The notes beneath the pieces are model-generated. The model saw nothing but the letters and a program-made list of their open reading frames with translations. It did no database searches and was not told the origin of the DNA. A stretch of 64,000 nt of DNA from Octopus vulgaris (lineage: Eukaryota), in contig OX597826.1 of NCBI GenBank assembly GCA_951406725.2, positions 63,426,001 through 63,490,000 of the forward strand, given 5' to 3'. The stretch's first letter is position 1. Each line of letters starts with the position of its first letter. Positions 35,490 to 48,808 of this stretch are shown here, piece by piece. A program made the position numbers and the translations under genes.

Positions 35490-35862
35490 ATCATCATCAT
35501 CATCATCATCGTTTAACATCCGCTTTCCATGCTAGCATGGGTTGGACAGTTCAACTGGGGTCTGGGAAGCCCGAAGGCTGCACCAGGCCAGTCAGATCTG
35601 GCAGTGTTTCTATAGCTGGATGCCCTTCCTAATGCCAACCACTCCGTAAGTGTAGTGGGTGCTTTTTATGTGCCACCGACACAGATGCCAGACGAGGCTG
35701 GCGAACGGCCATGCTCGGATGGTGTTTTTTATGTGCCACCGACACAGGTGCCAGACGAGGCTGGTGAACGGCCACACTCGGATGGTGTTTTTTATGTGCC
35801 ACCGACACAGGTGCCAGACGAGGCTGGCGAACAGCCACGCTCGGATGGTGTTTTTTACGTGC
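35490..35862 (-). mobile_element. Family C element with three ~60-bp internal tandem units
   Basis: TTTTTATGTGCCACCGACACAGGTGCCAGACGAGGCTGGCGAACGGCCA..CTCGGATGGTG repeated three times. Confidence 0.85.
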
Positions 35863-36116
35863 CACATGCTACATTACTCAGGGTAAAATCCTTAATTTAG
35901 GGGTTATCTTAATGTAAGATAATTTAAAGGCTATATTATCCTAAGATAAGATGTGACTTAGGGTTACATTTTCTCAGGGAAAACATTGACCTCAACATAA
36001 CTCAGCTTACTTGGCTGAAGAATATATGTCTTCCTTTCTCAAAGAAGTTATCTGGAAGAGCAATTTCTTTCTCAACCAGTTAATGTTACGTTAAATATTT
36101 TGACCTTTATGATTTA

Positions 36117-36618
36117 CTAGCAGTATCGCCCGGCGTTGCTCGGGTTTGTAAGGGAAATAACTATATAAGCATTTTTAGAGAGTTACTTCCCTTATAGATG
36201 CCAATTCGGGCTTTCTTAGCCATTTCTGTTTTGGTGTCTTCAAGCCATGAAGTCGTTGTTCTAAAAGAACGCTGGTCTCCTTGACAACGCTTTACGACGT
36301 TGATTTCCTTACACTCCCTTCCCCACAGCTTCACGAGGGAGGGAAGAAGGGGGAGAAGCAAACAGGTGCAGGTGTGACCATGGATGCCAACTCCGCCGCC
36401 ATCGACACACGAAAAATTATGCATTAAAATGGAATAAAAAATGATGTTAAATTATTTTTAAAATCGTAGACGCGCGCTAATACTCAGACGGGCTCGATAT
36501 GAATCACGACTATAAGATACCCGAATTTGGTTAAACTGCACCGCAAAATGTGGGAGTAGTTAGGAATCTAAATCATAGGAGACAGACACTCACACAACTA
36601 CAGTTTTATATATATAGA
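36117..36618 (-). mobile_element. Non-autonomous Helitron, complete ends
   Basis: Minus strand A|TCTATATATATAAAA ... CCCGAGCAACGCCGGGCGATACTGCTAG|T (AT target, TC/CTAG termini, 3' hairpin). Confidence 0.9.
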
Positions 36619-37044
36619 TAAACAGATTAAACTTTGTTTTTTTAATTAACAAGCTATGGGTGGGATGAGGTACTCTATCAATGTGAAATCACATTTTCAA
36701 ATCACACTACAAAATTGCATACATCTTTGACAAGAAACAAATAAAACGCATTACTTGTGTTGTTGTTTAACCCAGCCCTGTTTGAGCAAACCTATGATCA
36801 AAAACAATCCTGTCAAGGCCATCCAGTCTTTTTAAGGCTATTTTGAACAACAATGTGACCTTCCTTTTTACATGTCATTAATGTGCTATTTCAGGAAGAT
36901 TTGGCTGTTGTTTCTAGCAAGTTGAGCAACCATGTAAAAATTCTTTTTGCTTGCTCTGAGAGGGAAATTAATATTAATCTACTCTCACTTTATGTTTTTA
37001 TCTTTTTTATGGGTTTACTTTTGATCTTGCTTTTTGTTTTGTTG

Positions 37045-38268
37045 ACACTTGTATAGACCTGTTGAGGCAAGTGAAAATCAAATCAAATCAAATCAAATCA
37101 AATCATACCAAATCAAAATAGATGAACATCAATGGAATTTGTATCTTTGTGGTACCAGTACCGGTGGCACACAAGAAAACCATCCGAACGTGGCCGTAGC
37201 CAGTACTGCATCGACTGGCCTCTGTGATGTGGGCACATAACAAACACCATCCGATCGTGGCCGTCCGCCAGCCTCATCTGGCACCTGTGTCGGTGGCACA
37301 TAAAAACACCAACCGAAGACCCGGCAAGACTAGTCAGGCCATAACCCGTGGCCCCTACTTGGGACGTAGTCAGTCCACCTGTGCATACCTTCCTTCCTTC
37401 TTGTGACACTTGTGAAGACCTGTTGAGGCAAGTGAAAATCAAATCAAATCAAATCAAGTCAAAATAGATGTACATCAATGGAATTTGTGTCTTTGTGGTA
37501 CCAGGGCCGGTGGCACACAGGAAAACCATCCGAACGTGGCCGTGGCCAGTGCCGCATCGACTGGCCTCCGTGCTGTGGGCACGCAACAAACACCATCCGA
37601 TCGTGGACGTTTGCCAGCCTCATCTGGCACCTGTGTCGGTGGCACATAAAAACACCATCCGAAGACCCGGCAAGACTAGTCAGGCCATAACCCGTGGCCC
37701 CTGCCTGGGACGTTGTCAGTCCACCTGTGCATACCTTCCTTCTTGTGACAATTGTGAAGACCTGTTGAGGCAAGTGAAAATCAAATCAAAATAGATGAAC
37801 ATCAATGGAATTTGTATCTTTGTGGTACCAGCGCCGGTGGCGCACACAAGAAAATCATCCGAACGTGGCCGTAGCCAGTACCGCATAGACTGGCCTCCGT
37901 GCTTTGGGGACGTAACAAACACCATCCGATCGTGGCCGTCCGCCAGCCTCATCTGGCACCTGTGTCGGTGGCACATAAAAACACCATCCGAGCGTGGCCG
38001 TTCGCCAGCCTCGACTGGCACCTGTGTCGGTGGCACATAAAAACACCATCCGAGCGTGGCCGTTCGCCAGCCTCGACTGGCACCTGTGTCGGTGGCACAT
38101 AAAATCACCCACTACACTCTCGGAGTGGTTGGCGTTAGGAAGGGCATCCAGCTGTAGAAACACTGCCAGATCTGACTGGCCTGGTGCAGCCTTCGGGCTC
38201 CCCAGACCCCAGTTGAACCGTCCAACCCATGCTAGCATGGAAAACGGACGCTAAATGATGATGATGAT
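37045..38268 (+). repeat. Tandem array of family C element bodies (~355-bp unit x3) ending in one (GAT)n tail
   Basis: GACCTGTTGAGGCAAGTGAAAATCAAATCAAA recurs near 37056, 37417 and 37759, followed by ~60-bp subrepeats and the standard 3' end. Confidence 0.9.
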
Positions 38269-39734
38269 ATTTTAAATATGATATTGCTTTTTTTTTTATC
38301 TATTAGGAAAAGGAAAAAAAAATTGCTGATGTTTTTAGATGAAAGATAAAAGAAAACACAGGTGTAAGGTTTGAATTTAGCAGAATACTACTTACAATCT
38401 AGAAAAGCTTCTAAACTCCGTATAAGATTACAAAAAACATTGGGAAAATATTGCTCTTATATATATATAATGTGTGTGTGTATGTGTAAAAACACATACA
38501 CACACATAAATCATGGAAAACAGACGTTAAATGATAATATACACACATATATGTATATACACACACACAAATATAAACGTATACACACACACAAATATAA
38601 ACGTATACACACATATAAACATACACACCCAACATTGTACCCATTTTATTCACACACTTTCTCCACACTACATTTTTTCCTCCCAAACCATCACAATATC
38701 TTTTTGAGCTAAATATAGAACATTGCAATGACTTCAGTTAACAAAACACTTTTCAACCAATTTTCTCTGGAAAATTATTTCTTAGTTTCCTTGAATTCAT
38801 AATGCTGAGTAATGCCATGTTTTCACTTGTTGCATTTATACTATTACAAAAATTATTTGTTTGTTTAGTTGTTGTTTTTAACCAAGGCTTATACAGAGCC
38901 CAACACACTGATTTGGGATACTAATTTTATTCAGTACATTCCCAAACAAAAGTTATTAAAATAATTTTTAATAACTTACTTAGAAAAGCAAAAAAGTTAC
39001 CCTGGACATTTCTTTTTTCAATAACAAAACTGTGTTTCGTTTTTGGATTTGGTTTGCAAGATTCTTTATATGAGTTCGTGTGTTGAAGCATATTCTGTAG
39101 TGTCTGGGGAGAGTCATTCTCTTTTAGTGCCTTATTATTTAACACACTCACTGGTAAAATTTCCACTTATTTATTTATTTTTTTTTTTCCTAAAATGGCT
39201 TATAAACACCTTCCACGCTGCAATTGTTTTCGTTCCAGCACACGATCTCAGATCAGGCCACTTGCTATGCAAGTACATCTCCGTAAAACTATAAGAGAGT
39301 ACCATAAACATTTAAGATAATTATTTCATTTGTTTTTTGAGAAGGTCATCATGTCAATAATAAACACACAATCTGATTCTATTTCACTTTTTTATTATCT
39401 ATTTTGTCAGTTGGTTAACTATGTAACCAACTAGCTAAATGATTAATTCATTAATCATTTTGTCAATCAAAGAATCAGTGATGTTTGCCAGAATCATTTT
39501 GTCACTATTTGTGACCTCATTAATGACATGCTCTCTCTACTCCCGGTCTGCATCATGGCATAATCACCCTCCTCAGATACAACAAAATATGCCTTAATGC
39601 ATGTGTTGACACCAAAGATTTTACAAAAACCAAATACAATAATGAAATAATTTAAGAGAAGATTTAGTGAAAATATCATGGGAATCTTCTTCCTATTATA
39701 ATTCCACTCCCATCTATGATACATTAATGAAATA

Positions 39735-40340
39735 TTTGTTTCAATTTTTGGCACAAGGCCAGGAATTTCGGGTTAGGAATAAAGTCAATTACATCAACCC
39801 CAGCACTTAAATAGTACTTATTTACTCAACCCTGGAGGGAGGACAGGCAAAGCCGACTTCAGCAGAATTTGAACTTGGAATGCCAAGCATTTTACCTGAT
39901 GTGCTAACAACTCTGCCAGCTTACTACCTTGTATTAATGAAACAGTTGTTTCAAATTTTGGTACAAGACCAGCAATTTTGGGTGAAGGAATAAGTCAATT
40001 ACATCAGCCCTAGGGATCAACTGGTACTTATTTCATCTACCCCAAAAGGATGAAAAGCAAAGCCAACCTTGGTTACATTTGAACTCAGAGTGTGAAGACA
40101 GACAAAATGTTAAGCATTTTGCCCGATGTAGTAATGATTCTGCTAGCTCACCATTTTGTATTAATGAAGTATTAAATGGATCCTAGTTCTTGACTTGTAC
40201 TTTAATTTATTGACCTTAGAAGGAAAGATAAAAAGCAAAGCTGATTCCGGTGGGATTTGAACACAAAATGTAAAGAGCCTAATTAGATATTTCAAAAATT
40301 TTGTGTAACGCTCTAATGGTTCCACTAATCTATCACCTAA
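39735..40340 (-). mobile_element. Three to four decayed family-B-like SINEs in tandem
   Basis: Repeated TTTCAAATTTTGG..CAAG..CAG..ATTT...GGTACTTATTT...AAAG...ATTTGAAC motif. Confidence 0.6.
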
Positions 40341-40723
40341 TTGGTTATAAATTAGAAAGTTATTTTTAAACTTAGAGCCAGAGTATGAGTAACAGTGTGA
40401 AATTTAACCATTAATTGTATAATCCTATGATGTAGTCTTTTATTCATTTACTTCTTTCAGTCTTTGGACAGAGGCCATGCTAGGGCATTCCCTTGAAAAA
40501 CTAGCCATTCTTTTATTCATTAAATGTTTCAGTCATTTGACTGCAGCCATGCTGGAGCACTGCCTTAAAGGTTTTTTTTATCCAAGAAATTGACCCCAGG
40601 ACTTATTCTTTGTAAACCTAGTACTTGTTCCATCAGTTTCTTTTACCAAACTGCTAAGTTACGGGGTTCTAAACACACCAGCATCAGTTGTTTAGCAATG
40701 GTGGTGGGGACAAACAGACACAA

Positions 40724-40759
<36 letters not shown>

Positions 40760-42469
40760 GACGGGCTTCTTTCAGTTTCCGTCTATCAAATCCACTCACA
40801 AGGCTTTGGTCAGCACATAGTTACAGTAGAAGACACTTGCCCAAGGTGCCATGGGAAACAAGCTTCTTACCACACAGCCATACCTGCACCTTCAGTTCCC
40901 ATTGTACAGCATCTTGGACAACTGTCTTCCACAATAGCCCCAGATTGACCAATACCTTGTGAGAAGTGAATTTGGTAGACAGAAACTGTGTGGAAGCCCA
41001 TTGTAAATGTGTGTATGTGTGTTGTCTTTGTGTTTGTCCCGCACCACTTAGCAACTGGCATTGGTTTGTTTACATCCCCCATAACTTAACAGTTCAGCAA
41101 AAGGGGCTGATAGGCTAAGTACCAGTACTGGGGCTGATTTGTCTGACTTAACCCTTGAAGCGGTACCCTGCCATGGCAGCAGACTGTAACATCTAAAATA
41201 CATGAAATGACTGTTTTGTTTTTTGGATGTTGGTGAGCTCCAGGTTGGCCTTCAGTAAACAGACCTATAACCAAAGGCATTCAAGCAATGACCATCCATT
41301 ATTTATTTTTAGGTATTGTATACCACAGACTACTTTATCTTATGTCTTCTTCCTTGTTTACGATAGTAGGGTATCATCCTAGTGAAACTTTGCTGCTATT
41401 TTTAGCATGAAGAGGTTCACTTGGTAGCTTGTTTCAAAGCTTAATGTGCTGGTTACCTAACATGTATGTACACACACACAAACATGAACAGAAATATGCC
41501 TCCAACAGAAAGCTATCAATTTCATCTCCATCAAACCACAGCACTTGGATTATATAGTCACTTACTCACTCCCTCTCTCTCTTCATCCCACCATCACCAA
41601 CACACACACATACACACACACATTATGTCTCATTTTCCACAACTCACACTAAACATATTTTTCTTTATCCTTCTTTCCCAGACTTGCTATCCCTTCTAAT
41701 TCCCTTCATACACATGATTTACCTGCACCCATTAGGGCCCACTCAAAAATCTGGAAGAGCCTGCAAAAAAAGCCATAGACACTATCAATCCTACTTGGAT
41801 TTAGCTTAATTCAAAAATAAATTCCTGATGTTAATTACTCAGACATGCCATCTGCATGAGCCTCAGTGACATTTTTTTCTTCTAAATATATAATTTTTCA
41901 CACCTACTCATGTACAGTAATTGTACATATACTTAATGATGTTGTCATTACCATTTACACTATTCAGCAAAGAAGGCTAATAAGACTGAACTATGTCTGA
42001 ACTTCTCTCCCTTGCTCACTGAAATAATTAAAATAATATTAGTCATTGAACTTCGTGTTTTCTTTTTCTCTCAGTATTTAAAATTAGGTAATTAATACTC
42101 ACTAAATTCAATTAATTGATTCACTGCAAACTGAAAAGAGCTATCATAAATATTATGAATAGAATAAATTATTTTGTATTGTAAATAAAATCTGTTCTTA
42201 ATGGCTTGATGTTCGTTTATTGTTAGCTGTGACATTTACTACATTTTTAATGTAATAATAGCAAATTATCCTCAACATGGTTGTTTAATATGCTAGAAAT
42301 AGGAGCAAAATCTTCCTCAAACCACACTCCACTATATGAATAAAAGAGAGGAATTAGACAAGAGAGGAAGTAAGGTAAGAGAGTTAAGAGTGCCTCTAGA
42401 AGGAAAATATCACACAAATCAAATAATTAACAAGATGTGTATGTGGTGTATTTGACATCATGCCCAGTA

Positions 42470-42810
42470 CAAGTTGACAGAAGAATAGCTGGTGGTGGTC
42501 TAGAATCTGTATGTCAATGGGAGCAGCAACCATTGAAATGTGCTTGAGAGTGACTGAGGGATGACCACAATTTGCCTGTGAGCTGAAGATTCCCAAAGTG
42601 TTGGCAACTGATCTGGTGCAACACAGAATGTATGCGTTTGCATATGTTGCATGCAGCTCTCAAGGAAAGTAAGCTGCAGTTTAGTGACCTTTGTATACAG
42701 CTAAAAGACCTTTAGGACTGAAATATTTTCATGCTCCAAGGAAGAAATCTGACTTATCGATTTGCTAACCTATGAGAAAACATGCAGTCGTTTTGAAAGA
42801 TTATCAAATA
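42470..42810 (+). mobile_element. Possible highly decayed hAT transposase remnant
   Basis: Broken similarity only (W..IC..GAA, KRPL...FS.L..E.S) to the ICTDGAAAM and IK.RPL blocks. Confidence 0.3.
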
Positions 42811-43569
42811 CTGTAAAACTATAGAAGTGGGTGTAAACATACTTGGTGTATGTCGTAAACCTGAATATTTCAATTAAAAGAAACACACGCCCTTAATGTC
42901 AATAACGATTATTACCTAAATGGTTAGCTCTGGTCAAAATGGGAAGGGAAAAACAATTTAATATGGGGAGTGACAAGCAAGTTGTACAATAATATTGTTT
43001 CTAATTTTGTCACAAGGCTAGCAATTTTGAAGCAGCGGGGGGGGGGGGGGGAGTCAATACCTATTTCTTTACTACCCACAGGGGGCTAAACACAGAGGGG
43101 ACAAACAAGGACAGATACACGGATTAAGTTGATCACATCGACCCAGTGCGTAACTGGTACTTATTTAATCGACCCCAAAAGGATGAAAGGCAAAGTCGAC
43201 CTTGGCGGAATTTGAACTCAGAACGTAGCGGCAGATGAAATACTTAGCTGGTGCTTTATTTTATTGCAGCCTAGTGGTTAGATCGCTGCGCTTACGATAT
43301 AACAAGGTCATGGTTTTGATTTTCAGACTGAGCAGTGTGTTGTGTGCATTCCATGTTGCTCCAGCCATGTTACTCAGCTGTAAATAGTTAACCCTGCAAT
43401 AAACTGTTGTCCCATTCATGGGAAATGTTGGGATCTCAGCTACTTACATGCCATAAAACCCAGATACCCGACCTTATGAGTTGTAGGACTGGAGATAGTA
43501 ATGTCCAAGGATTGATGATGAAGATGCTGATGATGACAACAAGGATGAACAGAAAGATAAAGTTGACCT

Positions 43570-43882
43570 GTGTGGAGGCACATGGCCTAGTGGTGAGAGA
43601 AGCGGACTTGCGATCGAAGGATCGCGGGTTCAAATCTCAATCTCAGACCGGGCAATGTGTGTGTTTATGAGTGAAACACCTAAGCTCCATGCGGCTCCGG
43701 CAGAAGGTAATGGCGAACTTCTGCTGACTCTTTCGCCACAACTTTCTCTCATTCTTTCTTCCTGCATCTTGCAGCTCACCTGCAACGGACCGGCGTCCCG
43801 TCCAGGTGCGGAATCTATACACCAAGGAAACTGGAAAACCGGCCCTTATGAGCCAGGCATGGCTCGAGAAGGAACAAACAAC
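43570..43882 (+). mobile_element. tRNA-derived SINE, family D, with 13-bp TSD
   Basis: TSD ATAAAGTTGACCT at 43557-43569 and 43883-43895; A/B boxes TGGCCTAGTGG / GGTTCAAATC; related copies at 49388-49692 and 57625-57905. Confidence 0.9.
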
Positions 43883-44895
43883 ATAAAGTTGACCTTAGCA
43901 GTAATTGAACCCAGAATCTAAAGAGCTGGAAGAGATACCACAAGGTGATTTTTTCCCAATGCTTTAGCCATTCTGCCAGTTGTTTACTAACACTGAGTTC
44001 TAATTTAGTCCAAGTTAACATGACCTTTTATACATATTTACACTTCCCAGATCAGGAAGATAAGCAGTAGATACATTATGTGATAAGTGGTCAATAAGTA
44101 GATATAACACTTGACATGTGATGTTTAAAGGCCACTTGTAAACTTGATCCCGTGTTTTCAAATAAATCACTCCCCTAATTGCTTCATTATGGTTTACTAG
44201 ATCTATCCATCATGAGTAACAATAACAAGTTGTTATCTTTGTAATTTATTGCCATTAAAGCTCAAAAATCAATTAGGTTAGCTATTATTATACTGAAATA
44301 TAGATAATTGTGTGTCAATCATTCAAACTTAATTATCTATAGAAGAAGCTGGTGCTTGTCTACTGTTTTTAGTATGTAGAAAATAATTAAAAACAGAAAT
44401 TAGTTACAATTAAGTATGACTAAACATTGTCATATGATTGTAGGGTAAACAGATAATTTAGTTATACATCAGAATAGGGTAAAAACCCTGCATTAACATT
44501 CCATGGGCAAGGTTGTGGGATTAACTAACAAGTTCACTTTATATCCATCCGGTTTGTGGTTTAGTTCTATTGGACGGTACCTAGGACAAGCGCTTTCGGC
44601 CAACCACTGCAGAGTGAGTGAATTTCATAGACAGAAACTTTGTGGCAGCCTGTAGTACGTATGAGAGAAAGAAAGGGGTGGCCTATGGGACGGTCAGACA
44701 AGATGTTTTGAGAAAATTTGGTTTAAATGTTTGACAACTCAGCACCGTCCATTGAACAGGGAGCGTTTTGCGCATATATACATATATATATATAACATTT
44801 TCTGTTTTAGAGGAATAGAAAAACTGCCTAATTCTGCGATGGTATTTGATTTTGAAGTACACTTCCACATATATATACTTACATGCAGTTAAATA

Positions 44896-46089
44896 CAGGG
44901 TGCATAAGGTATTTCAGGGCAGATTTAGGTTTATAAAAAACATGTATAATAACAGATAACTTTATTTATCAAAAAATGCTATGAGGATAAAAATAAACTT
45001 TCTTTTCTATAATATTATTCAATAAAACTACCTTCAGCTTAAAATCTGCTTCTATACAAGATCTAAATCATCTACATGCTCAAATCAAGTGGTTCTGGTT
45101 CATTTTGGACATTACTCTGACTATGGCAGCTTTCAAAGGATCTTTGGTGTTATGGGCGTTTTCATTGACCTCTCTCAACAATGCTCCACATGTAATAGTC
45201 CAATGGATTGAGATCTGAGGAATTAGGAAGCCAAATGTTAGGGGTTATGTGATCATGAAAATTTTCAACCATCCAATCCTGTGTTACTAGAGCCATGTAT
45301 GATAGTGCAGAGTCTTACTGAAACACATATGGCCTTCCATTACAGAGTTAACCCTATGGCCTTGTGGAAAGAAGTAAGGAGGCATCACATAGCTTTCATT
45401 GCTGACAACCCTAAAATCATGACAGTTGCAGGAAATTTTGTATGCATAACACTTGGAACTTCAGAAGGGTCTGCACGTAACTATTTGTCATTTCTTCTGT
45501 TAACTTTTTGATCTTGGACAAAATTTTTCTCATTTGAGAAAAACCAAATCAAATCTTCTGCTGGATTTTTCAGTTTGTTTAAGAGCCTTTTAGATCTGAT
45601 GTAGTGATTTTCTTTTGTTTTTTCTGACAAATTGACCTTTCCTCATCATATAAGACTTATATCTGATGTCTTTGTGGACATAATTTTTTACTGTTCCTTC
45701 TGACACATGGAGATCTTTTGCAACTGACCTCATGGACTTTCTGGGTTTGTAATCAATGATCTGTTGAACTTGCCGGAATAAATTCAGATGTTCTGATGAT
45801 TTCAGAGCATTTAGAATGCTTTTTATGCTTTGATAATGGTGATACATTTGCATCTTCAGTCTCTAGCTCCTTACAAACGTTGTAGATGAAAGATCTGGCA
45901 ACTTTTAAAAATTGAGATATTTCTAAATTGCTATGCTCAGCCTTTATAACCACAATAACAGCATGCCTCTTTATTTCTTGTACAGTAATATTGCCATAAT
46001 TATTTTCTAAAACAAAGATTATACCAAGTTAGCAAAAAATGCAGCAATGGCCCAAAAAAGGTATGTCCTCAAATACCTTATGCATCCTG
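44896..46089 (-). mobile_element. Full-length decayed Tc1/mariner-superfamily transposon (maT/DD37D-like)
   Basis: TA|CAGGGTGCATAAGGTATTT ... AAATACCTTATGCATCCTG|TA. Broken transposase: HTH KSMRSVAKDLHVSEGTV, WFFSNEKNF (FSDEK), WLPNSSDLNPLDYYMW (SPDLNPLDY). Confidence 0.88.
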
Positions 46090-46161
46090 TATATGTCCAA
46101 TCATAAAACAGACATTAAATGATTATATATATATGCACACACACACATATATATATATATA

Positions 46162-46194
<33 letters not shown>

Positions 46195-48768
46195 TAACAC
46201 ACACACACATAAACATACATATCCTGTTCTCTCTTGTAGTTTATTAGTATCACAACAGTTTTGAGGCTCTATCATATATCAGAGCAACAGACACTACATG
46301 TCTCTTGTAACCATCACCATCACCACCAGCCCCACCACAAACCCCACATCATGCTGCATCCAATGATTTATTTTGACAGGCACAAAGCCAAGCCAACATT
46401 TTCTGTTTTAGAGGAATGCAAAAACTGCCTAATTCTGCAACGGTATTCAATTTTGAAGTACACTTCCACATTTCAGGGTCTTCTATTTCAATTCCATTCA
46501 CATTTAAGAAGCATTATAAAGAGGGATATAAATCAACCCCAGAACCTGGCTGCCACAATATTTTAACAATCCCGGAAGCAGTAAAAGGCAAAGCTGACTT
46601 TGGCAGTTTTTTACCTAAGAAACTAAACTTTTGGGGCTGCAAATAAATGCAGTTAGACATTTGTCTGATACCCTAATACCCTACAGACTCATCTCATAAG
46701 TGAGAATCTCCAGAATTATGAGAGAATTAAAAAAAAAAATCAACACTCACTTAAAACACAAAGAAAACATCTTAAATATGTCTTCCAAAATAATATGCTA
46801 TAATTTAAGAAAAATTGTGTTGGTCTGTATCAGCCACAGTGAATATAGTAGCAAGGTTAAGAGAATTGTTTACAGTGCTGTGAGAAGATATATCTTACAT
46901 AGAACGGGCTGCGCCCAACTTTGTTTTACACTAACTTAATAGCTTCAGTACTGTTCACCTCATTTTATCTCAAGTTGCTTATGAGACAAAATTCAAAATA
47001 AGTTCTGGTAGGATATCATCAACATCATTTAATGTTTGTTTTTCCATACTGGCATGGGTTGGATGGTTTGACAGGAGCTGGCAAGCAAGAGGACTGCACC
47101 AGGCTTCACTGTCTTGTTTTGGCATGGTTTTTATGGCTGGATGCCCTTCCTATAATTAAAACAAAATTCATCATCATCATTTAACGTCTGTTTTCCATGC
47201 TATCATGGGTTGGACGGTTTGACCAGGGTCTGGGAAGCCAGGAGGCTGCACCAGGCTCGAGTCTGATCTGGCAGTGTTTCTACAGCTGGATGCCCTTCCT
47301 AACACCAACCACTCTGAATATAGTGGGTGCTTTTTACATGCCATCCGCACAGGTGCCAGGGGAGGCTGGCAATGGCCACAATCAGTTGGTGCTTTTAACG
47401 TGCCACCAGCATGGCTTTTTACGTGCCATTGGCACAGAAGCCAGTCAAGGCGGTGCTGGCATCAGCCACGTTCGGATGGTGCTTTTTACGTGCTACTGGC
47501 ACGGGTATCACAACTACAATTTCCATTTGATTTTTATTTTGATGTACTTGATTCAATAGGTCTCCTCAAGCACAGCAGGTCATCCTAAAAAAATAGAAAG
47601 GACAAAATAGAAATAAAACCCTCTTATGAAGATATTTAGTAGCTATCTTCATATTTGTTTCGCTCATTGTATTGCGGTCAAGCTGGAGCACTGCTTTGAA
47701 GGGATCAGTCAAGCAGATTGACTCCAGTACTTATTTTTCAATCTCTTACTTATTCTATTGATCTCTTTTGCTGAACTGCTAAGTAACAGGAACAAAAGCA
47801 AAGCAACACTTGCTGTCAAATGGTGATGGGGACAAACACAAACACACACATATACAAATACACATATATGCATGACAGGCTTCCATACAGTTTCCATCTG
47901 CCAAATTCATTGTCAAGGTATTGTCAGACTGGAGTTCTAGCATAAGACTCTTGACCAAGGTATTGTGCATTGGAACTGAACCTGAAACTACATGGTTGCA
48001 AAGTGAGCTTAAGGAAATAATATAGTTCATATTATTATGATTTTTTAAAAAATGATATCTCAATTCCCAGTTACCTGAAAAGCAAAATAAAGACAAACTG
48101 GTTTCCAAGCTAAAATACGACAATATAAATTACAAACACTTCAGAAAACAAAGAATATAAGAAGTCAATGGTCTATTTGACTTGTGTAACAGATGGGCCT
48201 AGCATCAATAACAACTTTGCAGTTAGTATTCATGACATTGTTAAGTCACTAAAAATGTAAGCTGGCAGAAATGTTAGCACACTGGGTGAAATGCTTAGCA
48301 GTATTTCGTCTGTCTTTGCATTCAGAGTTCAAATTCCACCGAGGTTGACTTTGCCTTTCATTCTTTCAGGGTTGATAAATTAAGTACCAGTTGTGTACTG
48401 GGGTTGATCTAATCGACTGGCTCCCTCTCCAAAAATTTGCCCGGAGTAGAAAAGAATATTGTTAAGTCACTGAAGATTTAGTCTAAGTGGCTTGGAGTTG
48501 CTTGTATTTTGTAATTAACAATAGCTTCCATGAATTCCCCTCTCAATCTACAATCACTATTTTGTTACTTGTTTTAGTCACTAGACTGCAGCCATGCTGG
48601 AGCACTGCCTTAAAAAGTTTTAGTCGAAGAAATCGACCCCAGGACTTATTCTTTGTAAGCCAAGTACATATTTTACCAATCTGTTTTGCCGAACCGCTAG
48701 GTTATGGGAATGTAAATACCCCTACATTGGTTGTCAAGCGAGGGTGGGGGAACAAACACACACATAGA

Positions 48769-48808
<40 letters not shown>

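Noticed and set aside
35660-38100. ~60-bp regularly repeated units as a repeat-spacer array or coding repeats
   Set aside because: They are internal tandem subrepeats of a dispersed SINE-like family; ORFs occur in all frames with no protein signal.
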